Shown in pieces: positions 9,515-20,199 of a stretch of 64,000 nt of DNA (the stretch's first letter is position 1; every line of letters begins with the position of its first letter). This DNA comes from an uncultured Planctomycetota bacterium (GTDB lineage Bacteria > Planctomycetota > Planctomycetia > Pirellulales > Lacipirellulaceae). The notes beneath the pieces were generated by a model. That model was not told the origin of the DNA and ran no database searches. It saw only the letters and a list, made by a program, of their open reading frames with translations. Position numbers and translations under genes: made by a program. The stretch spans positions 32,001 to 96,000 of the forward strand of contig CAVRBU010000005.1 in NCBI GenBank assembly GCA_963719315.1. Direction: 5' to 3'.

Positions 9515-10538
9515 CGCCGTTCAGGAGGACCTGCGGGGCTTCGTCGCCGAGTTGATCGAGCAGAGCGGCGGACTTGTCGATTGGCCGGTCGGCAGCGACC
9601 GAGGTCAAGCCATTCTGACGCCGGAGTTGGCCAAGCGGCAGGGAGTGGCCGAATTGCTTCCGCTTTCATCGCGGCCCGACGGCGAGGGGCTGTTCGTTAG
9701 CCTGGCCTCCGACTTTCTCGACACGATGGAGCATTGGCTCGAGGCCGTCCCGCGCGTCGGCCGATTTGAACTGGCGGAGGTCTATCTGAAACGCGGCGAC
9801 CTCGGCGAGGCGGTGGACCGCGCATTCACATGGCTTAATGCCAGGGTTCGTCTAATCGATAGCCAGCCCACTCGCATTGAGTATCACACCTGGTGGTTTC
9901 ACGTCGGGTTGAGTTCAGAGGATCGTTGGGAATCGAAGCTGGCGATCACGGTCAACGCCCCGGCAGCCGTGGAGGTCGAATTCCCCGACCCGTTCGGGCT
10001 ATGGGAACTTGTGCCGGGCGCGGACGAGTCGGGCAGCACCATCATAAGTTACGAGACGGCGGCCGCGGCAGCTCAGCGACGTGTTCAAACTCTGTCAGCC
10101 CCTTTCTTGGCTCGCATGGACGCCCGCCTCGAACGGGACCGCAAGCGCTTGAATGACTACTATCACGCCCTCCGCCGTGAGGCCAAACAAAAACACCAGC
10201 GGGCGCGCGGGGCGATTGCACCCGACCAGCCAGATCAGCCCGACGATGCGGACCGCGCGGTGACACTCGAACTGCGGCGCAAGCTGGCGGAGCTCGAGGA
10301 GCGCTATGCAATCGAAGCGATCCTGCGTCCGCTCGTCGTGATTCGAACGGACTTGCCCGCTTTGGAGGTTCGACTCGCGGTCCAGCGAAAGCAGGCCCAC
10401 CGCGACCTGGTCGTTTATTGGAATCCGCTCACCAAAGCGTTCGACCCAGTCCGCTGCACCCAATGCGGCCAAGGCGCCTATTCGGCGGCTTTCACCAACG
10501 ACCGCGTCGACGCAGTGTGCGCAAGTTGCACGAAGTAG
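9507..10538 (+). CDS. YqhG-like partner protein with C-terminal zinc ribbon
   Basis: 8-bp overlap with the SNF2 stop; coiled coil (RLERDRKRLNDYY); CTQC...CASC terminus. Gene order recalls Bacillus yqhH-yqhG. Confidence 0.7.
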   Translation: MSDAVQEDLRGFVAELIEQSGGLVDWPVGSDRGQAILTPELAKRQGVAELLPLSSRPDGEGLFVSLASDFLDTMEHWLEAVPRVGRFELAEVYLKRGDLGEAVDRAFTWLNARVRLIDSQPTRIEYHTWWFHVGLSSEDRWESKLAITVNAPAAVEVEFPDPFGLWELVPGADESGSTIISYETAAAAAQRRVQTLSAPFLARMDARLERDRKRLNDYYHALRREAKQKHQRARGAIAPDQPDQPDDADRAVTLELRRKLAELEERYAIEAILRPLVVIRTDLPALEVRLAVQRKQAHRDLVVYWNPLTKAFDPVRCTQCGQGAYSAAFTNDRVDAVCASCTK

Positions 10539-10878
10539 AACGGACCGTTCGGCCTACGTGGTGAATCTCAACAGCACGATGCGCCACTCGCGTAGTACCA
10601 ATGGGTCGCGCCCGGCAAGCTCCCGCAGCGATTGCAAAACCGGGCGATAAAATAATTCAGAAAGTTCGATTCCCCGTTACGTTAGTCGCCGCAAATCCTT
10701 GTTGGGTAACCGGTTTCGAACAATTAGAGACAACGGGACACCAATGGATCATTTCTGGCTGGGCTCGCCGCGCGGGATTCCGCAATCTGGAGACTGATTG
10801 ACGACCAACAGGCGATATTGGCGACGTTTTGCGGTATCCGCGGCATAAATCCGAGACGTCAATCCGTACAACTGCCGA

Positions 10879-12705
10879 CTACCGCAAGTTCTCTTCCGTG
10901 TAGAGCAGCAGTTCAATCATTCGTTCGACGAGCTCGTCCGTTGTGTAGCCGGAGAAATTGCGAATCACGAGCTCCTTGGCGAACAGCCGGCAAATGTAGC
11001 GGAGCTTGAGCGACTTGTTTCGTGCGGCGTAGACGAAATCGCGGTGTCCGTTATTGATGACAATCACATTTTGCTCAGCGTCGTATCGACTCCGCCAAAG
11101 CTCGCCGGGACGTTTCTCGAACGTGTAATCCGGCAAGCCGCCCTGGATATCGGACTTGGGGCGTTCGGGTAGAATCGAATCGGTGACGGCAATGAGCGAA
11201 TCCGCGGTCGCCGCCACTTCGCCTTGTCGAACGCAAATTCGAATTCGCACCAATTGTGGCTCGTCCGGGGCCGTGAGCGTCACGATTTCGCCGACTTGGT
11301 TGGTTAGCTGCGCAAGACCTTCCACAACCGTCCACTCGCAGGCAATGCCCTGATCGATTTGCCGCCCGCCACGATCGCGAGCGATCGCGCGAAACTGCCT
11401 GGCCGTATTCACCGGCATGGTACACGTGGCGGGCGCGATGCGGACACTGAAAAGGGGTCCCGCATATTCAAAGAATTGCCGTTGCCCGTCTTCATCGCCG
11501 GGCGCTTGGTCCGTGGCGAGCGGCTCGACGACCATATCGCTCTTCAGCGGTATTCCCGCATGCGCCCCGCCGACACGTTTTCGCCGGTGGCCGTCCACGC
11601 CGTAGGCCTCGAACCAATCGTATTCTTCCTCCGGCAGAACTAGCAGCGCCTCGCGAAACGCGCGTTGAATGGCGCGGAGCGTTTCGCGATTGCTCGTTTC
11701 CTCGGCGGCCTGCTGCTGCTGGCGGACGATGTAATCGAGCGCCGCTTCGAGTTCTCCGAGCGACTCCAGAAAGTGCGCAAATCGCTCGTCGTGGATGACA
11801 CCGAGGCGCGACCCCGGCGTGAGATTCAGAAATGTCGCGTCGACGACACCTTGCAGGTAGCCCGTCGTCCAGGGTGGGCGCTGAAAGCTGTCGATACTAG
11901 TCAGGCTTTCCAATACGCGCGTGCCAGACCGATACAAGCCAACCTGGTTCCCGGGATTCGGCTCGGCGACGTACAGTTCAATGTAGACTTCGCCATGCGA
12001 CGCGACAGGAGTGGGCAAGTGGTGCAGCAATTGTCCGCCGAAGGCCCGCGGTTCAACGCGAAATTCGGCCCGAGCCTGCCGATCGACGATTCGAATCTCG
12101 GCGCCCGATTGGCGAATTCGGTCGCGCAATTCCGAGGCCAGGTACCACTGCAACTTCTCGCCGCTGAAGTGGCGGATTCCCGGTAACAGTGGCTGGATTG
12201 CCAACTCAGTCCCCGCGCCGGGCAGCAATCGTCGGATCTGGGCAACCGAGTAATTAGGCGCCCCTTTTGCCATCCGCATTTCATAAGCCTTGCCGTCGCT
12301 CCCGGCCGAGACCAAGCTCAATGATTCGCCGACGGTCCAAAAACTCAGCAATCCGATGCCGAACTCACCTTGGATACCACTTTGCCCCCGGGCCTTCATC
12401 TGCCGCTTGATCGAATCACAAATGTGAGTGGCGACATACTTGAAGTTCGGCTTGCCGTCGCCGTCAAGCGGCACACCGTCGCCGTCGTCGACAATCTTGA
12501 GATAGGACTGGCCGCGGGTGCGTCCCCGAATGACCGTGATGTGCTGGGCGTGAGCGTCGATGCTATTCTCGACGAATTCGGCCACCGCCTTGAGCGGATT
12601 CGATTGCGATAGCGCGATGATGTTGATCGCATTCCAATCGTCGCCGATGCGAAGCTTGCCCGTCTGCTCGCGCGAGGGCTTTCGTTTGGAAGAGGAAGGA
12701 GACAT
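10879..12705 (-). CDS. GHKL-superfamily (Hsp90/MORC-like) ATPase
   Basis: Bergerat motifs AEFVENSIDA, DDGDG, GEFGIG, GTEL; beta-rich insert; C-terminal INNGHRDF. Confidence 0.85.
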   Translation of the reverse strand: MSPSSSKRKPSREQTGKLRIGDDWNAINIIALSQSNPLKAVAEFVENSIDAHAQHITVIRGRTRGQSYLKIVDDGDGVPLDGDGKPNFKYVATHICDSIKRQMKARGQSGIQGEFGIGLLSFWTVGESLSLVSAGSDGKAYEMRMAKGAPNYSVAQIRRLLPGAGTELAIQPLLPGIRHFSGEKLQWYLASELRDRIRQSGAEIRIVDRQARAEFRVEPRAFGGQLLHHLPTPVASHGEVYIELYVAEPNPGNQVGLYRSGTRVLESLTSIDSFQRPPWTTGYLQGVVDATFLNLTPGSRLGVIHDERFAHFLESLGELEAALDYIVRQQQQAAEETSNRETLRAIQRAFREALLVLPEEEYDWFEAYGVDGHRRKRVGGAHAGIPLKSDMVVEPLATDQAPGDEDGQRQFFEYAGPLFSVRIAPATCTMPVNTARQFRAIARDRGGRQIDQGIACEWTVVEGLAQLTNQVGEIVTLTAPDEPQLVRIRICVRQGEVAATADSLIAVTDSILPERPKSDIQGGLPDYTFEKRPGELWRSRYDAEQNVIVINNGHRDFVYAARNKSLKLRYICRLFAKELVIRNFSGYTTDELVERMIELLLYTEENLR

Positions 12706-12844
12706 TTGTCGCAATCGCTGCTAGTCCAACGCTGGGAACGGCGAATAGCTTAAGCAAAATCGGAATGCACTTGGCGCGGTTGCACCAGCTGATGCATGAT
12801 ACGATTTGACCAAACTCGCGGCTCGTCCGGAAGGAGGAGGACAC

Positions 12845-15514
12845 ATGACAACCAAGGTCAGCCATCGCCTCACGCTCAAGGATCGGCTCTCTCGGCTCAA
12901 TTTTACGCAGGCCTGCAAATTGCTGGGCGCGGAAGGCCGCCAACTCATCCAAAGCGGTGGGAAGTACGAGATCGATCTCGATGAACAGGTTTATCTGGAA
13001 GGCGATCTGTTTCGCATTAAATTCGCCGATGCGGTCGTCACTATTACGCTCATGGCCGAGGCTCGCGACCGCCTCCACTGGAACTGCACGACGTGCCAAT
13101 GGCCGTGTGAGCATGCCGGGGCCGCGTTCTCGTTGCTGCTCGAGGAAAAGACCGCGTTGGGCCTGGCCGCCCCGCCGCCCGAACGAATCCCGGTCGAGAG
13201 TCTCAATGAGGAAGAGCTGATTCGGCGGGCACTGGCGGAACGCGACGAACGATCTCGCAAGGAAAAGTTCAAACTCCAATCGCAGGATCCGGCGCGGCCA
13301 TGGACCGATTACATGATCACGAGCGCCGCGTCGGGCAAGTCGTACCGGGTCGCCCTGCGGGGACGCGAGCGCGGCATCTCCTATTGCTCGTGTCCCGATT
13401 TTCGCACCAATTCGCTGGGCACGTGCAAACACATCCTCTACACGCTGCGGCGAGTCACGAAGAAGTTCGCGCCGGCAGTGCTACGACGCCCTTACCGCCG
13501 AAAGCACTTGAGTGTCCACCTTACATCCGGTGACCGATTGGCGCTTCGCTTCGAGGTGCCCGACAAACTCGACGATCAGGCCGCGGCGATCGTGAAGCCA
13601 CTCGTCGGCCGCGACATTCAGGATGCGCACGATTTGGTCGAGCGGCTCACCCGGCTGGAACGTCTCGGCCAACAAGTAACCGTCTATCCCGACGCAGAAG
13701 AATTCATTCAACAACGGTTATTTCAAGGCCGAATTAAATCGCTCGTCGATGAAATCCGTCGCGACCCCGCGCGGCATCCATTGCGCAAACAATTGCTCAA
13801 GACCGAGTTGCTTCCCTATCAACTAGATGGCATTGCCTTCGCCGTCGGGGCTGGCCGGGCCGTGCTGGCCGACGACATGGGGTTGGGCAAAACGATTCAA
13901 GGCGTCGGCGTCGCCGAGATGTTGGCCCAACAAGCCGGCATTCGCAAGGTTCTGGTGATTTGCCCCACGTCGCTCAAGTCGCAGTGGCGGAATGAGATCG
14001 AGCGATTCTCGAACCGTTCGTGCCAGTTGGTGCTGGGCGCGATGGCCGAGCGGCCCGCCCAATACGACAACGACGCGTTTTTCACCGTTTGCAACTACGA
14101 GCAGGTGCTGCGCGATCTGCTGGCCGTCGAGCGCGTTAAGTGGGACTTGATCATTCTGGACGAGGGCCAACGCATCAAAAACTGGGAAGCCAAAACCACG
14201 CACGTCGTCAAGCGCCTCAAGTCGCCGTTCGCACTCGTGCTCTCGGGAACACCGCTGGAGAACCGCATCGACGAATTGTATAGCGTCGTGCAGTTCGTCG
14301 ATGATCGGCGGCTTGGCCCCGCGTTTCGGTTCTTCAATCGGCATCGCGTCGCCGACGAAAAGGGCAAAGTGCTCGGTTACAAGAACCTGGACCAGCTCCG
14401 GCAGCACCTGGCGCCGATTCTGTTGCGCCGCACGCGCGAGCAGGTCCTGACGCAGTTGCCTGATCGCACGACGGAGATCGTGCGGATCGAACCCACGGAA
14501 GAGCAGTTGGCCATTCATGCCAGCCAGATGAAAATCGTCGCCTCGATCGTCCGAAAATCGTTCATCAGCGAGATGGACTTGCTCCGTCTGCGGCAAGCCC
14601 TGCTCATGTGCCGCATGGCCGCCAATAGCACGTTTCTGTGCGAAAAACGGCAACCTTCGTACTCCAGCAAGCTCGAGCGGCTGGAAGAAATCCTGGAGCA
14701 GAGCTTCGTCGAGTCCGATCGCAAGGCGATTCTCTTCTCCGAATGGACGACCATGCTCGGACTCGTCGAGGAGATTCTCGCGCGGCTAAAGCTGAAATAC
14801 GTGCGACTCGATGGCTCCGTCCCCCAGAAGCAGCGGCAACGTTTGGTCAATGAGTTTCAAACAAATTCTGACTGTCGCCTCTTCATCACCACGAACGCCG
14901 GTTCGACGGGCTTGAACCTCCAAGCGGCCAATACGGTCATCAATTGCGACCTGCCCTGGAACCCAGCCATCCTCGAACAACGGATTGCCCGCGCCCACCG
15001 CATGGGTCAAAAGCAGCCCGTTCATGCATACCTGCTGGTCACCGAGCAAACCTTGGAAGAGAGCTTGCTGACGACATTGTCGGCCAAGAAGGACCTAGCT
15101 CTGGCCGCGTTGGATGTCGATTCGGACATTGCCGAAGTTTCGCTGGTTAGCGGCGCCGAAGAGCTCCGCGGCCGACTGGAAATCCTGCTGGGCGCCAAAC
15201 CACAAGCGCCACTCGACGTGGGCCAACGAACGGAGGTCGTCGATGCCGGCCGCCAGGCCCATCGCGACCGCGTCGCCGCAGCGGGCGGCGAATTGCTCGG
15301 CGCGGTGTTCAGTTTCCTCGGCGAACTAGTCTCTCAACAAGGAGTCGCCCAGCCCCCCGCACCTGACGCCGTGGCCGGCTTGAAGCAACGGCTGGCCGAG
15401 TGTGTTGAGGAAGACCACCAGGGCCGACAACGCCTGTCGATCACTCTTCCGAACCGGCAAACGCTCGACAACTTGGCCGCCACGCTGGCACAACTGCTGG
15501 TAGCGAAGCCATAG
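12845..15514 (+). CDS. SWIM zinc-finger SNF2 helicase
   Basis: RBS GGAGGAGG; CTTCQWPCEH and CSCPDF...CKH; LADDMGLGKT, ILDEGQRIKN, LSGTPLEN, QRIARAHRMGQ. Confidence 0.92.
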   Translation: MTTKVSHRLTLKDRLSRLNFTQACKLLGAEGRQLIQSGGKYEIDLDEQVYLEGDLFRIKFADAVVTITLMAEARDRLHWNCTTCQWPCEHAGAAFSLLLEEKTALGLAAPPPERIPVESLNEEELIRRALAERDERSRKEKFKLQSQDPARPWTDYMITSAASGKSYRVALRGRERGISYCSCPDFRTNSLGTCKHILYTLRRVTKKFAPAVLRRPYRRKHLSVHLTSGDRLALRFEVPDKLDDQAAAIVKPLVGRDIQDAHDLVERLTRLERLGQQVTVYPDAEEFIQQRLFQGRIKSLVDEIRRDPARHPLRKQLLKTELLPYQLDGIAFAVGAGRAVLADDMGLGKTIQGVGVAEMLAQQAGIRKVLVICPTSLKSQWRNEIERFSNRSCQLVLGAMAERPAQYDNDAFFTVCNYEQVLRDLLAVERVKWDLIILDEGQRIKNWEAKTTHVVKRLKSPFALVLSGTPLENRIDELYSVVQFVDDRRLGPAFRFFNRHRVADEKGKVLGYKNLDQLRQHLAPILLRRTREQVLTQLPDRTTEIVRIEPTEEQLAIHASQMKIVASIVRKSFISEMDLLRLRQALLMCRMAANSTFLCEKRQPSYSSKLERLEEILEQSFVESDRKAILFSEWTTMLGLVEEILARLKLKYVRLDGSVPQKQRQRLVNEFQTNSDCRLFITTNAGSTGLNLQAANTVINCDLPWNPAILEQRIARAHRMGQKQPVHAYLLVTEQTLEESLLTTLSAKKDLALAALDVDSDIAEVSLVSGAEELRGRLEILLGAKPQAPLDVGQRTEVVDAGRQAHRDRVAAAGGELLGAVFSFLGELVSQQGVAQPPAPDAVAGLKQRLAECVEEDHQGRQRLSITLPNRQTLDNLAATLAQLLVAKP

Positions 15515-15528
15515 TGATTTCGCAAGTT

Positions 15529-15550
15529 AGTGGAGGCGGCTGGAATCGAA
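15529..15550 (-). mobile_element. tmRNA 3'-end fragment (att scar) copy 1
   Basis: AGTGGAGGCGGCTGGAATCGAA, reverse complement TTCGATTCCAGCCGCCTCCACT (T-loop plus acceptor 3' strand); no 5' half. Confidence 0.7.
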
Positions 15551-15831
15551 ATTGTCCGTCTCGTCGATACTTATCGGGCACGACTGGTATCGAGTAGACG
15601 GACGTATTTCATGACGTATTTTGTCGCGTCGGTCGATGAGCCGACACGCGGCAGCAGCTCGTCAGAGGACTGGCGGCAACCGTTTCAAAAACAAGAAGTA
15701 CATAGTGTATGTTGAGCGTTGACGAGTTGATGAGTTGATGGAACTCGTGAGGAAGATAGGAGGAGTGTACCTTAGTCAGCGTACATCATTTCCGTTGTCA
15801 GCGAGACATTGAAGGTTGGCCCGTTGTTCGA

Positions 15832-18798
15832 TCAACTTAGGCTCTGCCAATCAACGTCAATTCGTGTGTGCAGACGTCGGGCTGCGTCGGCGACGCCGGG
15901 GAATGCACATTCGATCCCGTGTGCGAGCGCTCGCGGCGAAATGCCAGTCTCTTCCGAGACCACGAGCACATCATCGACGGCTGCGGGGACAATCTTCGCA
16001 AGCGGCATTGCCAATTGTAGTTTTTTCACCGCTCCACATTGTATCTCGCCGATCGGAACAAATAGCAGCGTGCGCCGTTCGCTGCCGCATTGCAACGTAT
16101 TGGCAAATGCGTGCGCAAACATTTGGCCAGTCGCCTTATCGAGATCGACGAGAGCGGCGATTGCTTCCGAAACGTCCGGCCGAGTCAGGCTTTCCTCAAG
16201 CAGGGACCGACTCTCAATCTGAACCAACTCGTCCACCGCGCCCGTCGGCAGAAAGTTATCGGGCTGCCTTGGATCAAAGTTCCCAACCCTTTGGCTTAGA
16301 ACGCGCCGACTGCACGCGGCAATCAAGGGGCGGAGTATCGATGATTCGGCGATCCGAGATCTAGAAGGGCCATGCCCCACGTGCCTAGCGAGGGCAAAAA
16401 CGGCGGCACACGCCGTGTCGGCGATTAACTTTGCATCGTGCGCTAGAATGAGCGGCCGGCCCCGGTCGTCACGGGATTCTAGTTGACGCTGAATTTGCCG
16501 CAACACTTCGCTCGTAAATTCGAGCCGCATGAATTCCTTGAATCGGCCGCGAAGAGCTGACGTCGATGCGTCGTTGGCCGGAGCGGCTGCTGGCGGAGCG
16601 TCCGAGTCGCTGCCGTTCGCCGTCTCCAACTTCGGAGTGCTTGCGGCTTGTTGTTCATCGCGTACTAATCGCTGCCAATCGGCGCTAGTGTCGTGGGTAA
16701 GCCAATGACACTTAACAGCGTCGGCGAGGTCGTCGGCTAGTTCATCAATGAATTTGCGTTTTTGGACGGCCAGCGAAGCGTAGCCTGACATCCTGAGCAT
16801 GAGCGAACGGCCGCACGACTGTTCACGCGGAGTCGGCGACACTCGGCACGAGCGAAGCATCGCTCGGGCATCGGGCCCCCACTCCAGAGCCAAGTACCTG
16901 GCTGCCGCACCGAGAGCATCGGCCGAATTCGCATCCGGCGTGCGAGTATTTGCCGGCACCCAAGACACACTATCGAATGGTGCTTCACGCGATTCGAATA
17001 ATTGAATTCGTGACTTCCTTTCGCCAGTGCTTTCATTGCCGAGGGCCATCACATGATTTAGTTCTGTAAGTAGCGAATAGGTATTTGCAGCCACAAGTGG
17101 CGACAAATTGTTGTTCGCGAAGCAGGTGCAGACGAAGAAACCGTGGACATCGACTTGAAGACCGCGAGTGGCGGCTACCGACTTAGCTGCATTGGCGATA
17201 TCGATCGCCATACCGGCTCCTGTGCCGCCACCCGTGCCTGCGAGAATCACCACTCTGATTGTTCCGTCGCGAGTCTCGCCCGCAGCGTCGGTCGAGCCAG
17301 CAAGTGCGCCGAGCTGCTGGAGCTTTTTGTCGATGAGGTCGCGCACCCGCTGACAGTGATCCACAAGGGCAATGCGTCCGAGGGGTCGATAACCGCGGGT
17401 TTCCAGCGATCGCGGAATGTTATAAAGCCATCGACGACTTACCCATCCGTGAATGTCGGGCGAGTCGTCGTAGCTTTTCGGCAGCCGCAACGGCAAGTGC
17501 AGCGTGTCGTCTGAGGAAAGTGGTGATTTCCAACGACCAGAACAAGCCTCACGCAATTCATCGCGATCGGTATCCAGCGCGAGCGCTTCGATCGCGTCGT
17601 CGACATTAACGGATTCATCTTGGGACGCGGTCAGCGCGCGCAGCTTGCAGAGCAAGTGAATCCCGACGCCGCCGGCTGCCACATATAGAGTCGGCTGCTC
17701 GCGGCGCAGGAGTTGGTCAATCGCGGGAGCCGCAATGTCGACGGTTTCCTCGGCGACGAATTCTGCCGGCCCGACTGCGGATTCCATCCTCAGCGGCGCG
17801 GCTGGCGACATTTCACGTTTAACTGGCTGTGTAAACGTCGCGCCGAGTTTATCCGGCGCCTGATCCGGTGTCCGACGGAGTGTCGCGCAAAGCGATGTTG
17901 GCTTCGTGTCGTCGGGATCAGGCGTAGATGGCTGCGAGACAACGGGAATCGGCCGAGGATGCTCTGTCGGTGGCGTGGTTAGCGATATTTCCGCACCGTG
18001 CAGGAGCACATCGACAAAGGCGCGGCAGGACGGAAATCGATCTGCCGGCTTCTTGGCGAGCGCTCGCGCAACTGCTTGGCGGTCATCGGCCGGCAGCGAT
18101 GCCAGTTGCGGTTCGGACTGCGTGTGTTGCTTGGCGAGTTGAGCAGCCGTGCGACCTGGAAAGGGCAAGGTGCCCACCAGCATTTGCTGATAAACGATCG
18201 CCAGACTGTACTGATCGCTTTGGGCCGACGGCTCGTCGTCGAAAATCTCGGGTGCCGCGTAAGTAGGCGTCATCCCGGAAACGAGCGAATTCTGGGTTCG
18301 CGTGGCGAGTTCCTTCACAAGTCCGAAGTCAGCCACTTTCACGTGATCGCCCGAAATAAGCAAGTTTTCCGGCTTGATGTCGAGGTGCAACAGACTATGC
18401 CGCTGCGAGAGGAAGTCGAGTGCCTCAGCCGCGTCGGACATGTAGCGCAACAGCTCGCCGCGTGGAATACCGGGGAGATCCTCCTTCTGGCATTGGCTGA
18501 GCCGCTGGTCGAGGCTCATGTCGGCCAACTCGGTCAGTATGGCTAGCCGACCGTTCACGACTTCAAAACGTTCGAGCGACAGCAAGAACGGGTGTCGCAC
18601 TCCCTTTATTCGCTCGAGCGCTTTGAGTTCTTGTGCAGCAAACTCTTCGTTGTAGTAGCCGTAGACGATCTTGACTGCTTTTTCTATTCCCCCAGGCGCC
18701 TCGGCGCGCCACACTTCGGCGTAGCCGCCCGAACCTATGCGTTCGCTCAGCACGTAGCCGGGCAGCACAATGTCACACGCTTGGATGCCGATCGACAT
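15832..18798 (-). CDS. Ser/Thr protein kinase fused to a tubulin/FtsZ-like domain
   Basis: Kinase: GSGGYAEV, AVK, HLDIKPEN, DFG, APE. Pro-rich linker. Tubulin-like: AAGGVG, LALDTD, GTGGGTGAGM. Confidence 0.88.
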   Translation of the reverse strand: MSIGIQACDIVLPGYVLSERIGSGGYAEVWRAEAPGGIEKAVKIVYGYYNEEFAAQELKALERIKGVRHPFLLSLERFEVVNGRLAILTELADMSLDQRLSQCQKEDLPGIPRGELLRYMSDAAEALDFLSQRHSLLHLDIKPENLLISGDHVKVADFGLVKELATRTQNSLVSGMTPTYAAPEIFDDEPSAQSDQYSLAIVYQQMLVGTLPFPGRTAAQLAKQHTQSEPQLASLPADDRQAVARALAKKPADRFPSCRAFVDVLLHGAEISLTTPPTEHPRPIPVVSQPSTPDPDDTKPTSLCATLRRTPDQAPDKLGATFTQPVKREMSPAAPLRMESAVGPAEFVAEETVDIAAPAIDQLLRREQPTLYVAAGGVGIHLLCKLRALTASQDESVNVDDAIEALALDTDRDELREACSGRWKSPLSSDDTLHLPLRLPKSYDDSPDIHGWVSRRWLYNIPRSLETRGYRPLGRIALVDHCQRVRDLIDKKLQQLGALAGSTDAAGETRDGTIRVVILAGTGGGTGAGMAIDIANAAKSVAATRGLQVDVHGFFVCTCFANNNLSPLVAANTYSLLTELNHVMALGNESTGERKSRIQLFESREAPFDSVSWVPANTRTPDANSADALGAAARYLALEWGPDARAMLRSCRVSPTPREQSCGRSLMLRMSGYASLAVQKRKFIDELADDLADAVKCHWLTHDTSADWQRLVRDEQQAASTPKLETANGSDSDAPPAAAPANDASTSALRGRFKEFMRLEFTSEVLRQIQRQLESRDDRGRPLILAHDAKLIADTACAAVFALARHVGHGPSRSRIAESSILRPLIAACSRRVLSQRVGNFDPRQPDNFLPTGAVDELVQIESRSLLEESLTRPDVSEAIAALVDLDKATGQMFAHAFANTLQCGSERRTLLFVPIGEIQCGAVKKLQLAMPLAKIVPAAVDDVLVVSEETGISPRALAHGIECAFPGVADAARRLHTRIDVDWQSLS

Positions 18799-18832
18799 AG
18801 ATCAAATCGTGGTACGTAACTACTATGTGCGG

Positions 18833-19955
18833 TTAAGCTGTCACGCGCAAATCGGCATTCGACGCCGAAGTGCGCGACGAGGCCATCAGCACCAGGTCGA
18901 AGCCGATTTCTCGACAAAGTGCTACCGTGTGTTCGGATTGGTTGCAGGGCAGCACCGGTTTGATCGCAAGTTCTTCGCAGGCAGCCAGTAGCGATTCCAG
19001 CCGCCGCAGCGGCTGGCGCATCGAACGTCAAATCGTTCGTCATGTTCGCCGCCAACACTAAGTAGTCGGGCAGCAATGATTTGAGGTGTAGAACCTGCGC
19101 GCCGTTGCCTTGAAACTCGTCGAATGCCACGCGCAGTTCGTGTTCCCGTGCATCTTGGTAGACTTCGGATATTCTCAGGATGTCCACGTCAGTCGGCAGT
19201 GAAATCAAGATGCCCAGTTCCCAGCCTCCCGGCAGTAGTCCCTGCAGTTGCTTGAGGTTCGAAAACAATCGATGCGGCGCTTCGATATCCGCGGAACCGA
19301 CCGCGAGGTACAAGCGCTGTGAGTCGTTTCGCTTGATCGCCAACTCCAGTGCCCGCGTCCGCTCCAGTTCCCGGTATCGTTCACCCACGACGTGTGGTTG
19401 ATCGAGAATCGGCTGCTGCTTCGCGTTCGCGGTGGTCGGCGATAGGTAAGCTTCCGTCACGCCACGCCGCAACGACGTAGCTGCCAACAATTGAGTTGGG
19501 ATGACCTGACGAAGTGTGGCCTCGGTCATCATCCGGATAGCGGCGACCTCGGGTGGCAGAGCGTAGAGAGCTGGCGCGACCTTCCGAGATTGTATTGGCT
19601 GCGTCACCATCCTCTGGAACTGCGATGCGGCCGAGGCAATAAACGTCATCTCCGTCTCGGCTACTTTGAGAATGTCACCGTCGGCGAGCAGCATCTCCTC
19701 GATCGGCTTACCGTTGACTTGGGTTCCGTTTGTGCTTCCTAAGTCACGAACGAGCCACATTCCATTCCGTTCCCTGATCTCCGCATGCTCGCGCGAGACT
19801 TCGACCGATTCGACACGCAAATCGGCCGATTCGGCGCGGCCGATACGAAATGGGTAATTCTCGATCGTCACCCGGCGAGCATCACACTCGCCGTCGGAAT
19901 AAAATTCCAGGCACGGTTTGGCCGTCGTTTTTTTCGAAAGCGTGATGTGGGTCAC
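18833..19955 (-). CDS. FHA domain plus degenerate EAL domain protein (frameshift near 19025)
   Basis: IGR, VSREHA, DLGSTNGT (FHA); TEAYL and FDEFQG replace the EAL/DDFGTG motifs. ORF 18833..19021 supplies the C-terminus. Confidence 0.8.
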
Positions 19956-20199
19956 GGTGGTCGCCAGTCGTGGTAAACATTGTCCGTCCGGCGGCGCACG
20001 CGATTGCGACGTGCACGGCCGGAATAGGAAAAGTTGCTCGCCCGCCGGGCAGTCTCGCAGGATTCTGAGGGATACCCATTAGATACCTTAGCATTTTCCC
20101 AAGATACTAGTTTCCACGAGGCGATTCTCGCGGCCGCATAATTGGGCCCGTGCTAGGTTTGAGAGTGGATCAAACGCTCCAACCCCGGTAACCGGAAGG

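Noticed and set aside
15530..15715. MEAAGIE ORFs as a protein family (also 26859 and 44918)
   Set aside because: Similarity ends after seven codons and is explained by the antisense tmRNA end.
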